A DNA stretch of 64,000 bases from Bdellovibrionota bacterium (GCA_050950765.1 JBMNIF010000003.1:384001-448000); one strand, 5' to 3'; counted from the first letter of the stretch, positions 10,890 through 21,307 are shown. The notes: generated from the sequence alone by a model not told the origin. A program made the numbers and translations.

Positions 10890-11093
10890 ATTGAAAATAG
10901 GCGTATTTGTCTACGTTACTTTATGAAAACGCCTTGCCAAACAGGCAAGTTATTTTCATATTTATTAATATTTTTAGATATGCAAAATATTAATTTGGAA
11001 TCAATTTCATTTTACGTGTAGAATAGACTCATAGTCGAAGCGCGTTCTGCGTCTCTTAAGAAAAGAGTCTTCACGTAGTATGGGAGCATAATT

Positions 11094-12998
11094 ATGATAA
11101 ACGATTTAAGAATAAATTTTAAAACAGTTTTTGTGGCATTAATTGCCTCATTAGCTTTAGCGGTTTCACCTGCCATAGCTGGGCCTCAAGCAGGTCTTTC
11201 AGAAGGAGCTAGAAATTACAACAATTGCCCAGCATGTCCAGCTCCAACCTGCGACGATGTTGATCTACAACAGTGTTGCGGGCAGAATCCTCCTGTTCTT
11301 GAAATAGAGGAGAAGGGGATCGCTGAATTTGAACTTGGTTTAGTTCGTTGGTGCACAGTTGGAAAAAAATGGCAGATCTACGGTGTTTGTCAAGGCTTCC
11401 CAACTTGCAATGATGTTGATTTAAAAAAGTGTTGCCCAGCATGTCCAACACCGCCTCCAACTCCGAAGCCAACACCAAAACCTACACCGAAGCCTACTCC
11501 GACTCCTGAGTGCAAATATTATAAAGGCACACTGGATTCTTCAAATACCAAGAAAACAGGTCGTGACAATCTTCAGGTTTCAAATAAAACCAAAGTAAGT
11601 TGTATTGATCAGAAACTAGATACCCTAAAAAATGATTGCAAACATCGCGGTTATTATAGGGATGATTGTATAGCAGTCGGTCTTACAAAGATGTTCTTTG
11701 GTAATCTAAGTAAAACCTCAAGCTACAAACATGATAAATGGGGAGTAGATACTGGACAGTACAAAGACGATCTTAAAGATAATGCCAGAGCTAGTTACGG
11801 CACCTGCACAACAGCCGATTTTGCTAGTCATGCAGTATACAAAGGAAATAACGATATCTGCTTAAGTGGATACTTCTACTTTGATGAAAACTGCAATCCT
11901 ATCTCAGAAAAAGATGCTACCGATCTTTGCGGAAAGATGAATGTCTCGTTTCAATCAACCTTTGAATGGTCAACTCCGCTCTCCCTTATCTGGAAAGAGG
12001 GGCATGATATAAATGCAGAGGTTGTTTTCGCTAAGTTCAATCTTGATTTAAGCAGTTCTGAAAATGTTTGGTACGCTTGGAAAGCATCTGAAGAGGCTCC
12101 GCTTCTTGTGTATGATCCGAAGCACACCGGACTTATCACTGATGCTTCTCAACTCTTTGGTAACTGGACCTTTGGTGGAAAACAGTTAGCTTCTCTGATC
12201 TCTTCAGATTCCTACAACAGTGCAGGAAAATGGGAGAACGGCTTTGAAGCGTTAGCCAGCTTAGATAGAGATTTTGATGGCAAATTAAGTGGTGATGAGT
12301 TAAGTGACTTAGCACTCTGGTTTGACTCAAATAGAGACGGCATCTCTCAGAAGGGTGAAGTTAAGACTCTTAAAGAGGTAGATGTCACGGCTCTCTATTT
12401 CAATGGCTATAAGAAAGATGCAAAGAGTGGAGATTTAACTTTAGCTGTTGGCTATGAGAGAACTCTCAATGGTAAAACAGTACAAGGTGCCTCCATTGAC
12501 TGGAATGAAGTCGGAGCTCCTTCTAAGTTAGCATTGGCAGATTACTATGACCTTCTTCAAGGGCATACCGCACAAAACAGTGCAGCTGCAACAGATAGTA
12601 ATGAATTAAAGCCTGCTACTAATAAGAAGAGCTTTGCTGGTACTTGGAATTGGTACATTGATGAAGAGAGCGTCACTGATGATTCTCCATCAAACGGAAC
12701 CTTTATTATCAGTTCCAATGAGAACGGATCTTTCAAAGGCTTCTCCTTTGTAGAGAGACGCTTTGAGACTTCTCCAGACAGCAAGTTAAGCAGCTTTGTT
12801 AGTATGAATAGAATTGAGGGCAAAGAGGGATTAGTAAAAGGGATCCCAGCCGTTCAGTTTACCTCTCGTGTAGGTAACTCCTTCACGAACAACAAAGCGA
12901 CTTTCTCAGCTGATGGCAATACGCTTAGCGGCAAAACAGAAGTCGTTATCGCGGGAGGTAAGGGTATCTCATACTCTTGGAAAGCAGTAAGAAAGTAA
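11094..12998 (+). CDS. Secreted Cys-rich protein with Pro/Thr/Lys linker and DxDxDG calcium-binding-like domain
   Basis: Signal peptide; repeated CPACP and PTC.DVDL..CC; PTPK repeats; NGFEALASLDRDFDG and LWFDSNRDGISQ. Confidence 0.8.
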   Translation: MINDLRINFKTVFVALIASLALAVSPAIAGPQAGLSEGARNYNNCPACPAPTCDDVDLQQCCGQNPPVLEIEEKGIAEFELGLVRWCTVGKKWQIYGVCQGFPTCNDVDLKKCCPACPTPPPTPKPTPKPTPKPTPTPECKYYKGTLDSSNTKKTGRDNLQVSNKTKVSCIDQKLDTLKNDCKHRGYYRDDCIAVGLTKMFFGNLSKTSSYKHDKWGVDTGQYKDDLKDNARASYGTCTTADFASHAVYKGNNDICLSGYFYFDENCNPISEKDATDLCGKMNVSFQSTFEWSTPLSLIWKEGHDINAEVVFAKFNLDLSSSENVWYAWKASEEAPLLVYDPKHTGLITDASQLFGNWTFGGKQLASLISSDSYNSAGKWENGFEALASLDRDFDGKLSGDELSDLALWFDSNRDGISQKGEVKTLKEVDVTALYFNGYKKDAKSGDLTLAVGYERTLNGKTVQGASIDWNEVGAPSKLALADYYDLLQGHTAQNSAAATDSNELKPATNKKSFAGTWNWYIDEESVTDDSPSNGTFIISSNENGSFKGFSFVERRFETSPDSKLSSFVSMNRIEGKEGLVKGIPAVQFTSRVGNSFTNNKATFSADGNTLSGKTEVVIAGGKGISYSWKAVRK

Positions 12999-13020
12999 TA
13001 TTGCGATAATCTCCTTATTT

Positions 13021-13058
13021 ACGCCTGAGTCTTTTAAAAAAGGCTCAGGCGTTTTTTT
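13021..13058 (+). terminator. Rho-independent terminator
   Basis: ACGCCTGAGTCTTTT...AAAAGGCTCAGGCGT followed by a T-run, just after the stop at 12998. Confidence 0.85.
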
Positions 13059-13076
13059 ATCCTTATTTCCCCTCCA

Positions 13077-13968
13077 CCAATTAGGACACCCAAACTTCAA
13101 AATCACAATAATCTAATAATATCAAGATGTTAACAAAAGCTTAGAAATTGGCAGATCTGGTGCCACCCTTCAGTAGGACAGCTTGTCACTGGTGCCACCC
13201 ACCAGTGCTAAAAGCCTTTAAAATTACGATAGCTAATAATATCAATCCATCTAGTGACAACTGAACGGGCTGCAACTGCAAAACGAATCAGCTAGGTCTC
13301 GACGGAGGTTAAAAATCTGGTGCCACCCTTCAGCAAAAGGTGGGTGTCCTAATTGAAAAAGCCGCTAGAGCGGATCAGCTAGATCTCGACGGCGGCTTTG
13401 GTTTTAGTGCCACCCTTCAATAAGACGAGTTCTGTTGGATTTGGGCGGCTTTGAATCTGGTGCCACCCTTCAGCAAAAGGTGGGTGTCCTAATTAAAAAG
13501 TCAGTGACGCTTGAACGGGCTGCAACTAAAAATCAAATCAGCTAGGTCTGGACGGAGGTTAAAAATTTGGTGCCACCCTTCAGTAGGGCAGGCTGTCGCT
13601 GGTGCCACCCACCAGCGTCGCAGACGCTTTGCAAATAGGACACCCAAACTTCAAAATTATAACATCTAATAATATCAAGATGTTAGCAAAAGTTTAGGAT
13701 TCGGCAGATCTGGTGCCACCCTTCTTTGTTGCAGTTTGTCACTGGTGCCACCCACCAGTAAGAGCGGATTCCCTTCAAAGACAACTGGACGGGCTGTAAC
13801 TTGCAGAACAGATCAGCTAGATCTCGACGGGGGTTAAAAGTGGGTGTCCTAATTGAGGGGTGCTAGGCACTGGTGCCACCCACCAAGATGCTCCCCACTT
13901 CTTAGGGGCGCTTGAACGGGCTGCAACTGAAGACAGAACTAGCTAGATCTTCACGGAGGTAAAAGGTT
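13077..13968 (+). repeat. Mosaic REP/BIME-like repeat field 1a
   Basis: About 10 GGTGCCACCC cores, GGGTGTCCTAATT/AGGACACCC motifs and IHF-consensus modules shared with the other fields. Confidence 0.9.
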
Positions 13969-14125
13969 GCCCATAAAAACAAATTGCTCTAATATTAACA
14001 GGTGGTTACAAGTTCGGCTTTAATCTGGCTTAATCGCTTGTTATAGCGGTATAAGCTCTCACTTTCCGAACAACTTTCACTAAGTACATAAAGAAATAAT
14101 CAAAGAAGGTGTTAGTTAATAAGAT

Positions 14126-14401
14126 ATGCGTCAAATAATTATCTTAACTCTATTATTTAATTACATATCTTCCCCAATAGCTTGGGGAGCTACACCTGAA
14201 GCATCTAAAAAATCACCTACCGAGCACTCCTCTAAAACAGATGCAAAGGTTGACCCTTCAATACTGCAAGAGCTAGAAGAACTTATTAAAAAATCCCCGC
14301 AATCTTCAGAAGCTCATTTTAATGTCGGTGTTGCTCAATATCGTTTATCGAAATATCAGGAGGCACTGGTGCCACCCACCAAGATGCTCCCCACTTCTTA
14401 G
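14126..14401 (+). pseudogene. Truncated 5' copy of the batC-like gene fused to repeat DNA
   Basis: First 79 aa match 15025.. with one substitution; then reads into GGCACTGGTGCCACCC and stops. Confidence 0.9.
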
Positions 14402-14868
14402 GGGCGGTTGGACGGGCTCAAACAGAAGAGCGGCTTTGGTTTTGGTACCACCCTTCAATAAGACGGGATCTACTAAATTTTGGCGGCTTTGAATTTGGTG
14501 CCACCCACCAGCGTCGCAGACGCTTTACAAATAGGACACCCAAACTTCAAAATTATAACATCTAATAATATCAAGATGTTAGCAAAAGTTTAGGATTCGG
14601 CAGATCTGGTGCCACCCTTCTTTGTTGCAGTTTGTCACTGGTGCCACCCACCAGTAAGAAGAGCGGATTCCCTTCAAAGACAACTGGACGGGCTGTAACT
14701 TGCAGAACAGATCAGCTAGATCTCGACGGGGGTTAAAAGTGGGTGTCCTAATTGAGGGGTGCTAGGCACTGGTGCCACCCACCAAGATGCTCCCCACTTC
14801 TTAGGGGCGGTTGGACGGGCTGCAACTAAAAATCAGATCAGCTAGGTCTGGACGGAGGTAAAAGGTTG
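14362..14868 (+). repeat. Mosaic repeat field 1b
   Basis: About 6 cores, IHF module at 14569-14581, same modules as field 1a. Confidence 0.9.
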
Positions 14869-15024
14869 CCCATAAAAACAAATTGCTCTAATATTAACAG
14901 GTGGTTACAAGTTCGGCTTTAATCTGGCTTAATCGCTTGTTATAGCGGTATAAGCTCTCACTTTCCGAACAACTTTCACTAAGTACATAAAGAAATAATC
15001 AAAGAAGGTGTTAGTTAATAAGAT

Positions 15025-16089
15025 ATGCGTCAAATAATTATCTTAACTCTATTATTTAATTACATATCTTCCCCAATAGCTTGGGGAGCTACACCTGAAG
15101 CATCTAAAAAATCACCTACCGAGCACTCCTCTAAAACAGATGCAAAGGTTGACCCTTCAATACTGCAAGAGTTGGAAGAACTTACTAAAAAATCCCCGCA
15201 ATCTTCAGAAGCTCATTTTAATGTCGGTGTTGCTCAATATCGTTTATCGAAATATCAGGAAGCTGTTAAATCTTTTGAAAAGGCAGCCCTCTTAAGTAAA
15301 GATGAGCACCTTACAGCTGAATGCCTCTATAATCTTGGGAACTCCTTTTACAAATCGGCTGAAGAAAGTTTGCAAACAGATCCGCAAGAAGCTTTAAAAC
15401 TTCTATCCCAAAGTGCAACATCATTCTCCGAATCCTTAAGGAGAGATCCAAGTAATCCCCTCTCCGGAAAGAATCTTGAGTTTACAAGAAAAACCATCCA
15501 GCGCCTTAAAACTGCTATGGAAAAGAAAAAACAGGAACAGCAAAAACAAGATCAAGCAAAAAAAGATCTGGAACAATTAAAGCGAGATCAGGAGAGCTTA
15601 AATAAGCAAACTAAAGAAACTGCCGCACAAGAAAAAGAGGATCCTTCAAATCAATCCAATCAGAACAATGAAGAAACTACCAAGCAAGCTAAAAAGCAAC
15701 AGGAGTTAAAACAGAAAGGATCAGAATTAAGAGATAAACTTTCAAATGAAAAGGCTGCCTCCGATCTGGAAGATGCCGTTAAAAATATGTCAGAAGCACA
15801 AAAAAATTTAACTCAAGGCAACCCACACCAAGCTGCTAAAAACCAAGAACAAGCTCTTAAAAATATCAACGAAGCGTTGAAAAAATTCTCGGAAGAAAAA
15901 CAGCAACAGAAAAAAGATCACGATAAAAACACTTCAAAAGATCCTGCTTCTCAGCAAAAGCAAGAGACCACACCACACCAAACGAACGACGAAGCTCAAA
16001 AGATTTTACAACAAGAACAGGAAAATCGTAACAGATATAACAGCGCCACTACTTCCGGTGGAATCGCATCTGTTGATAAGGATTGGTAA
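15025..16089 (+). CDS. batC: BatC-like TPR protein with Gln/Lys-rich tail
   Basis: TPRs AHFNVG and LYNLGNSFY, Q/K/E-rich region, terminal DKDW; upstream of batD. Confidence 0.75.
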   Translation: MRQIIILTLLFNYISSPIAWGATPEASKKSPTEHSSKTDAKVDPSILQELEELTKKSPQSSEAHFNVGVAQYRLSKYQEAVKSFEKAALLSKDEHLTAECLYNLGNSFYKSAEESLQTDPQEALKLLSQSATSFSESLRRDPSNPLSGKNLEFTRKTIQRLKTAMEKKKQEQQKQDQAKKDLEQLKRDQESLNKQTKETAAQEKEDPSNQSNQNNEETTKQAKKQQELKQKGSELRDKLSNEKAASDLEDAVKNMSEAQKNLTQGNPHQAAKNQEQALKNINEALKKFSEEKQQQKKDHDKNTSKDPASQQKQETTPHQTNDEAQKILQQEQENRNRYNSATTSGGIASVDKDW

Positions 16090-17927
16090 TGAATAATCAT
16101 CGTTATATATATTTTTTTCTCAGCTGTTTTTTACTATTCATGACTTTAATCGGCGATGCCGTAGCGGAGAATATTACAGCTTATGTACAGGTAGAGAATC
16201 AAGAAGTCTATTTGGGGGATTCTTTCGGATTACAGATCGTTGTTATCGGCGAAACGAAACCGGATGCTCCAGATCTTGAAGAGCTTGATAACTTTAAAGT
16301 TGAAACTCTCGGCGTAAGCAACTCAAGTAGCAGTAGCATCAGCATCATAAATGGCAGAAGACAAGAAAGCACTCAATACCAATATGTTTTCAATTACAGA
16401 TTGACACCAAAGACAACAGGAACTTTTACAATCCCATCCTTTACACTATCAGCTGCAGGGGAAAGTACCACAACAAAACCTCTAAAAATCAATGTAGTCA
16501 CTCCGAAAGGAGACCCTGATTATAAGTTGCGTCTTACACTTTCAAAAGACACCGCCTATGTCGGAGAAGCGCTCACTCTAAACATCACTTGGTATCTAGC
16601 AAGTGATGCCAGCAATTTTAATTTTTCATTACCTATTTTAGATGATCCCCGTTTTGCAGTACACCATCCAGAAGTTACTCCGCACAGTGGCAATGAATAT
16701 ATCCGTTTCCCGTTAGCAGGGCGTGATATCTTTGCGAAAAAAAGTTCCGCCGAGCTTGAAGGAAAATTCTATACTACCATCTCCTTTCAACAAATTATTA
16801 TTCCTAAACAGAGTGGCGAGATAGAATTGCCTAAAGGTGTCGTAACTGGGAAAAAGATTACAGGTTATAGCCGCCAAAATAGACGAACAGGTCTAATTAT
16901 CGGCGACCCTTTCTTTGATGATTTTTTTAATGCAAGGGAACCTATCTATCAACGTTTTGCCATACCCTCTAATCAACCTAAATTAACAGTTAAAGAGGTG
17001 CCGAGCACAGGGAAGCCTTACGACTTTACAGGTCTGATCGGCGATTATTCAATCATAGCTAACGCCACCCCCACCGATGTTAATGTAGGAGATCCTATAA
17101 CACTTACAATCGAAATTGCTGGTCCTAACTATATGGGGAACGTCTCAATTTACCCCTTAGAGAAACGTCAGGAATTAACAGGTGATTTTAAAGTCCCCGT
17201 AGAGATGGCAGCCCCTAAGATAAAACAGGGTATCGCAACATTTACGCAAACGATTAGACCCCTACGTCCTGATGTTAAACAGATTCCACCACTTAGATTA
17301 TCGTATTTTGATAGTAGTAAAGGAAAATACCTCACAACTTCTAGTGACCCGATCCCGTTAAAAGTAACATCAGCTAGAATTGTAACTGCACAAGACGCAG
17401 AGGGCACCACTTCTCCCATCCTTCAAACAACTACCTTAAAAACTTCAGCAGATGGAATTGTATATAATTACACTGACACCGCAAAGTTATTAGCAAAAGA
17501 AGTTGGCGCTACGCCCATTCAAAATAGCCCCTTCTGGATGTTTTTACTTATCGTTCCTTGCGGTCTGTATCTGATAATACTTGGAGTTCTCTCCTACAAA
17601 AGATTGAGTATGGCGGGGAGTAATAACGATGTTCGTAGTAACATTGCAGAGATCAAGAAACTTTGTCATGACAAAGCAGCACCGCAACAGATCCTTTCCG
17701 CATTCCGTAATTATCTCTCAAAAAAACTACTCCTCTCTGCAGGTTCCACAACATTTAAAGATATCGAACCTATCTTACAACAAAAAGGTATCTCATCGAC
17801 TCTCTTGGAAGAGATAAATACTTTCTTACAAGCACTTGAGGCGGCAAGTTATGCCGGAGCAGATGATGATACCGTACGTCCTCAAATGTTAAAAATCCTC
17901 AACAAGATGGAGAAAGAAATAAAATGA
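16089..17927 (+). CDS. batD: BatD family protein
   Basis: SSSISIINGR, YVGE, DPFFDDFF, FTGLIGDY, VGDPITLTI, C-terminal TM; TAATG coupling to batC. Confidence 0.9.
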   Translation: MNNHRYIYFFLSCFLLFMTLIGDAVAENITAYVQVENQEVYLGDSFGLQIVVIGETKPDAPDLEELDNFKVETLGVSNSSSSSISIINGRRQESTQYQYVFNYRLTPKTTGTFTIPSFTLSAAGESTTTKPLKINVVTPKGDPDYKLRLTLSKDTAYVGEALTLNITWYLASDASNFNFSLPILDDPRFAVHHPEVTPHSGNEYIRFPLAGRDIFAKKSSAELEGKFYTTISFQQIIIPKQSGEIELPKGVVTGKKITGYSRQNRRTGLIIGDPFFDDFFNAREPIYQRFAIPSNQPKLTVKEVPSTGKPYDFTGLIGDYSIIANATPTDVNVGDPITLTIEIAGPNYMGNVSIYPLEKRQELTGDFKVPVEMAAPKIKQGIATFTQTIRPLRPDVKQIPPLRLSYFDSSKGKYLTTSSDPIPLKVTSARIVTAQDAEGTTSPILQTTTLKTSADGIVYNYTDTAKLLAKEVGATPIQNSPFWMFLLIVPCGLYLIILGVLSYKRLSMAGSNNDVRSNIAEIKKLCHDKAAPQQILSAFRNYLSKKLLLSAGSTTFKDIEPILQQKGISSTLLEEINTFLQALEAASYAGADDDTVRPQMLKILNKMEKEIK

Positions 17928-18736
17928 AGCATCTGTTTTTAACCGTAAGTATTTACATTACTGTCCTACTCTCGGCTTTCGTTACTCCGCTTTATGGTGA
18001 AGGCTTATCAACTTTACAAACCAAAGATATTTTAAAAGAAGCCAACGCTTTTTTTAAAGAAGGAAGCGACTTACCCCCTTCCGACAGAGCAAAGAGAGAT
18101 GAACTCTACCGTAAAGCTCTGTTACGTTATGAACAACTAATAAACGAAGCCGGAATAAAAAATGGAGCTATCTATTACAATACTGCAAATATCTATTTCC
18201 TGTTAGGCGACTTAGGACGTGCCATCTTAAACTATCGTCGCGCTGAACTCTTCGCACCAACAGACGATAATATCTTAAAAAATCTGGAGTATGTACGTAA
18301 TCGCAAAATTGATAAGATAAACACGACTAATTCAAAGTCACCTCTAAAAACGATCTTTTTTTGGCACTATTTATTAAGTAAAACCACAAAAGTTAAAATA
18401 GCTATCGTATTTTTCGCTCTGTTTTGGATCTTTTTAACAGTTAGACTTTTGAAGTTGCGATCTTGTTCCCGTATATTTCCAACTTTGTGCGCTCTGATTA
18501 CTATACTTTTTTTAACATCAGCCTTTATTTATGAAGAATCAAAAGCTGCTGTAATTATAGCTCCCGAAACAATAGCTCGTAAAGGTGACGGATTAAATTA
18601 TGAACCTGCTTTTAAAGATCCTCTACACGCCGGAACTGAAGTAGTAATAAAAGAAGATCGTGATAACTGGTTACGCGTAGAATTACCCGACGGCAGCTCT
18701 TGTTGGTTACTTGCTAACGATCTAGAAGTGATCTGA
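17924..18736 (+). CDS. batE: BatE-like TPR plus SH3 protein
   Basis: YYNTAN..GRAILNYRRA, TM segments, LHAGTEV..WLRVELPDG. Confidence 0.85.
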   Translation: MKHLFLTVSIYITVLLSAFVTPLYGEGLSTLQTKDILKEANAFFKEGSDLPPSDRAKRDELYRKALLRYEQLINEAGIKNGAIYYNTANIYFLLGDLGRAILNYRRAELFAPTDDNILKNLEYVRNRKIDKINTTNSKSPLKTIFFWHYLLSKTTKVKIAIVFFALFWIFLTVRLLKLRSCSRIFPTLCALITILFLTSAFIYEESKAAVIIAPETIARKGDGLNYEPAFKDPLHAGTEVVIKEDRDNWLRVELPDGSSCWLLANDLEVI

Positions 18737-18820
18737 CACGACCCTTTTATAAAAATATCAATACACCCTAACGAAATAAACGATCAACGCTCCACGACCT
18801 TAACGTGATTATGCCTTAAT

Positions 18821-18852
18821 CAAAACTTTTCCCCTTTACGTATATTAGGTAA
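18821..18852. mobile_element. Orphan IS end resembling the right end of the 9325-10889 IS
   Basis: CAAAACTTTTCCCCTTTACGTATATTAGGTAA vs reverse complement of the 10889 end CCCAAACTTTCCCCTTTTTACGTATGTTAAGTAA. Confidence 0.6.
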
Positions 18853-18914
18853 ACGCTTTTACGTGGATAGCACTTTCAACACCCGCCAAAATCTAGCCGC
18901 TCACTCTACAATCT

Positions 18915-19157
18915 CAGCCCATTCAATTTTTTAACCCCCGTTAACATCTAGCTAATCCGTTCTGCATGGTTTCAGCCCATTCAATTTTTTAACCCCGTTA
19001 ACATCTAGCTAATCCATTCTGCATGGTTCCAGCCCGTTCAATTTTTTAACCCCCGTTAACATCTAGCTAATCCATTCTGCATGGTTCCAGCCCGTTCAAT
19101 TTTTTAATCCCCGTTAACACCTAGCTAATCCGTTCTGCAGGCTCCAGCCCGTTCAAT
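18915..19157 (-). repeat. Tandem repeat of about 57 bp, roughly 4 copies; inverted module of the repeat fields
   Basis: CAGCCCRTTCAATTTTTTAACCCCCGTTAACATCTAGCTAATCCRTTCTGCATGGTT repeated. Confidence 0.9.
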
Positions 19158-19243
19158 CGTCATTGGAGGGTAAGAAAACGTCATTGGAGGATGAGAAAAC
19201 GTTATTGAAGAGTGAGGGAACGTCATTGAAGGGTAGCACCAGT
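19158..19243 (-). repeat. 21-bp tandem repeat (about 4 copies) ending in an inverted core variant
   Basis: CGTCATTGGAGGGTAAGAAAA-like units; 19228-19243 reverse complement is ACTGGTGCTACCCTTC. Confidence 0.8.
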
Positions 19244-21001
19244 ACAAGAGAACCTTTAAGTAGTTTGGTGCTATGAGTTAAAAAATTCTTAAACCGTTAA
19301 TGGATTATTTTTCCTAAATTCCCGTTTTTTTTATAGTCTACACCTTAGTATTTAATATTTTATCGATAAAAATCTTCTGGTCAATTTCTAATGCTTCTAA
19401 AATATCTTTTTGTTTTTTTGTTAATGGCTGTAGTAGCATGCTCAGATTTTCATTATCTATGCGTCTTATCATTTTAAGCGTTTCTAAAACTCTCTGAATG
19501 GTTTTTTTCTACTTTTTTGTTATTATTATTTATAGTTCTTTGTAGGTCTGACCACATAATTAAGCTAAGAAAGGAGACGAAGCTTTTGCCGTCAGTAGTT
19601 TTTTCATTATGTGTTAGCATACGGTCATTATCCAATTCATTTTTTAAATTATCGAAAGCTTTCTCAATAAAGTCTCGTCGTGAATAGATATGAAGTGCTT
19701 CTTGTGGTGTCATTGTTGAGTGGTTACTCAAAAAAGCAAAAACTCCTAGCATAGATAAGATATCGGTAATTTTTTCATGATCTCTTTCAAAACTTTCTAA
19801 CTGCACTTCTTTCTTAGTTTTTATTTTGTAGTATTTAGAGTAGCGACTCATACTCATAGGCTTTTTCATTTCTTTTAGTTCATCTTCTAATCTGTCAATA
19901 TGAGAGTAAAGAGTGCTCTCTTCCTCAGATGCACTTTTTGTATTTAAGTAAACGTAGAGAGAAAATTTTTCTCCATTTATCTCAATATCTTTTCTTACCC
20001 CATAACAATTTGTCCCAGATATGTGATTCCTAGAAGAGCGAAGAGTAACAGATGCTTCCCTCATAGTATCGTTATAATTTTTCTGAGATTTAGGAACAGC
20101 TACGAGAAATTCTATTTGCTCTTTTTTTATATATTCTAAATTTTCTTTTGTAATAAAACCTCTATCCAGAACATAAAATATATCATCAATACCTAAGCTT
20201 TTAGAGTATTCCATCATTGTTGTAAGAAAAACTTTATCAACAACACTTCCACTGTAAAGAAAAAAACTTATTGGTAAATTGCTGTCGGTAGCGTATAAAA
20301 GTCCGACATTTAGTTGTGGTAAATATTCTTTGTCTCTATTGTATCCATTCTCGGCAAGTGGCAAGTCTGCATAAGTAGAAAGGCTCGTAACATCATAAGC
20401 TACAGTCTCATTGTTTTTCATAGCATGGTTTTTCCACACAGAAAAAAACTTCATTTGATCTTGTTTGGTAATCGATGAAAAAAGCTCACTTGTCTTTTGC
20501 GAAGATAGAGATATGTTTTTAGGGGTAAGAGTATTTTGCAAAAAATTATCTATATTCATCATTACATTGCCTTCGCAAGCCATGTATAACGCAGTATAAA
20601 AGATATCTTCGTATTTATCGGGAAAGATTGTTTTTAAGCATTTTAATAACCCTATAGCCTCAGCTCTCATTTTTAATGCGACTACGTGACCTGCGTCCCA
20701 AACAAAGCGAGAAGAAGCTAGATCAATAACGTCAGATGGCATTGGATAATATTTTCTAAAGTTCTCATTAGGAATCATTCTTCCTTGTCTATCAGGGTCT
20801 ATCTTTCCCACAATCACTTCATCACAAGTAGGTGTGCCGTTCTTATTACGACGATGACCAAGTACGTGATACACATACTTTACGTTTCCTTTGCTATCTT
20901 TTTTATACGAAATCTGTGCTGGTTCAGCGTGAAATGGACATTTGAGGTGCTGAAAAAAGCTACTATAATAGCCTGAGTGATATTAACTAATGGGGTGAAT
21001 A

Positions 21002-21307
21002 ATGGGAAAACATTTTAGTGCAGAAGATAAGGTTAAGATACTGAAGGAGCATTTATTAGGAAATAAGCCGTTATCGAGTTTATGCGATAAATACGGCGTA
21101 CACATTAGTACATTTTATGAATGGCAGAAGCTATTATTTGAGGGAGCTATCCAAATTTTTGAGCGGAATAAAAATGGTAGGAAAGAAGAAAAGAAGCAAG
21201 CTGAACGGATAGATATTTTGGAGAAGAAGCTAACGAAGAAGGATTCTGCGCTAGCGGAGCTTTTGGGGCTTCATATAGATTTAAAAAAAAAGCTTGGGGA
21301 GCTTTAA
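21002..21307 (+). CDS. IS3 OrfA (HTH)
   Basis: FSAEDKVKIL..LCDKYGVHISTFYEW; ends in an A9G slippery run. Confidence 0.9.
   Translation: MGKHFSAEDKVKILKEHLLGNKPLSSLCDKYGVHISTFYEWQKLLFEGAIQIFERNKNGRKEEKKQAERIDILEKKLTKKDSALAELLGLHIDLKKKLGEL

Larger units (their letters stand above)
13600..15260 (+). repeat. Direct duplication of about 760 bp (13600-14361 vs 14496-15260)
   Basis: Near-identical repeats, upstream region and batC 5' end at offset 896-899. Confidence 0.92.
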
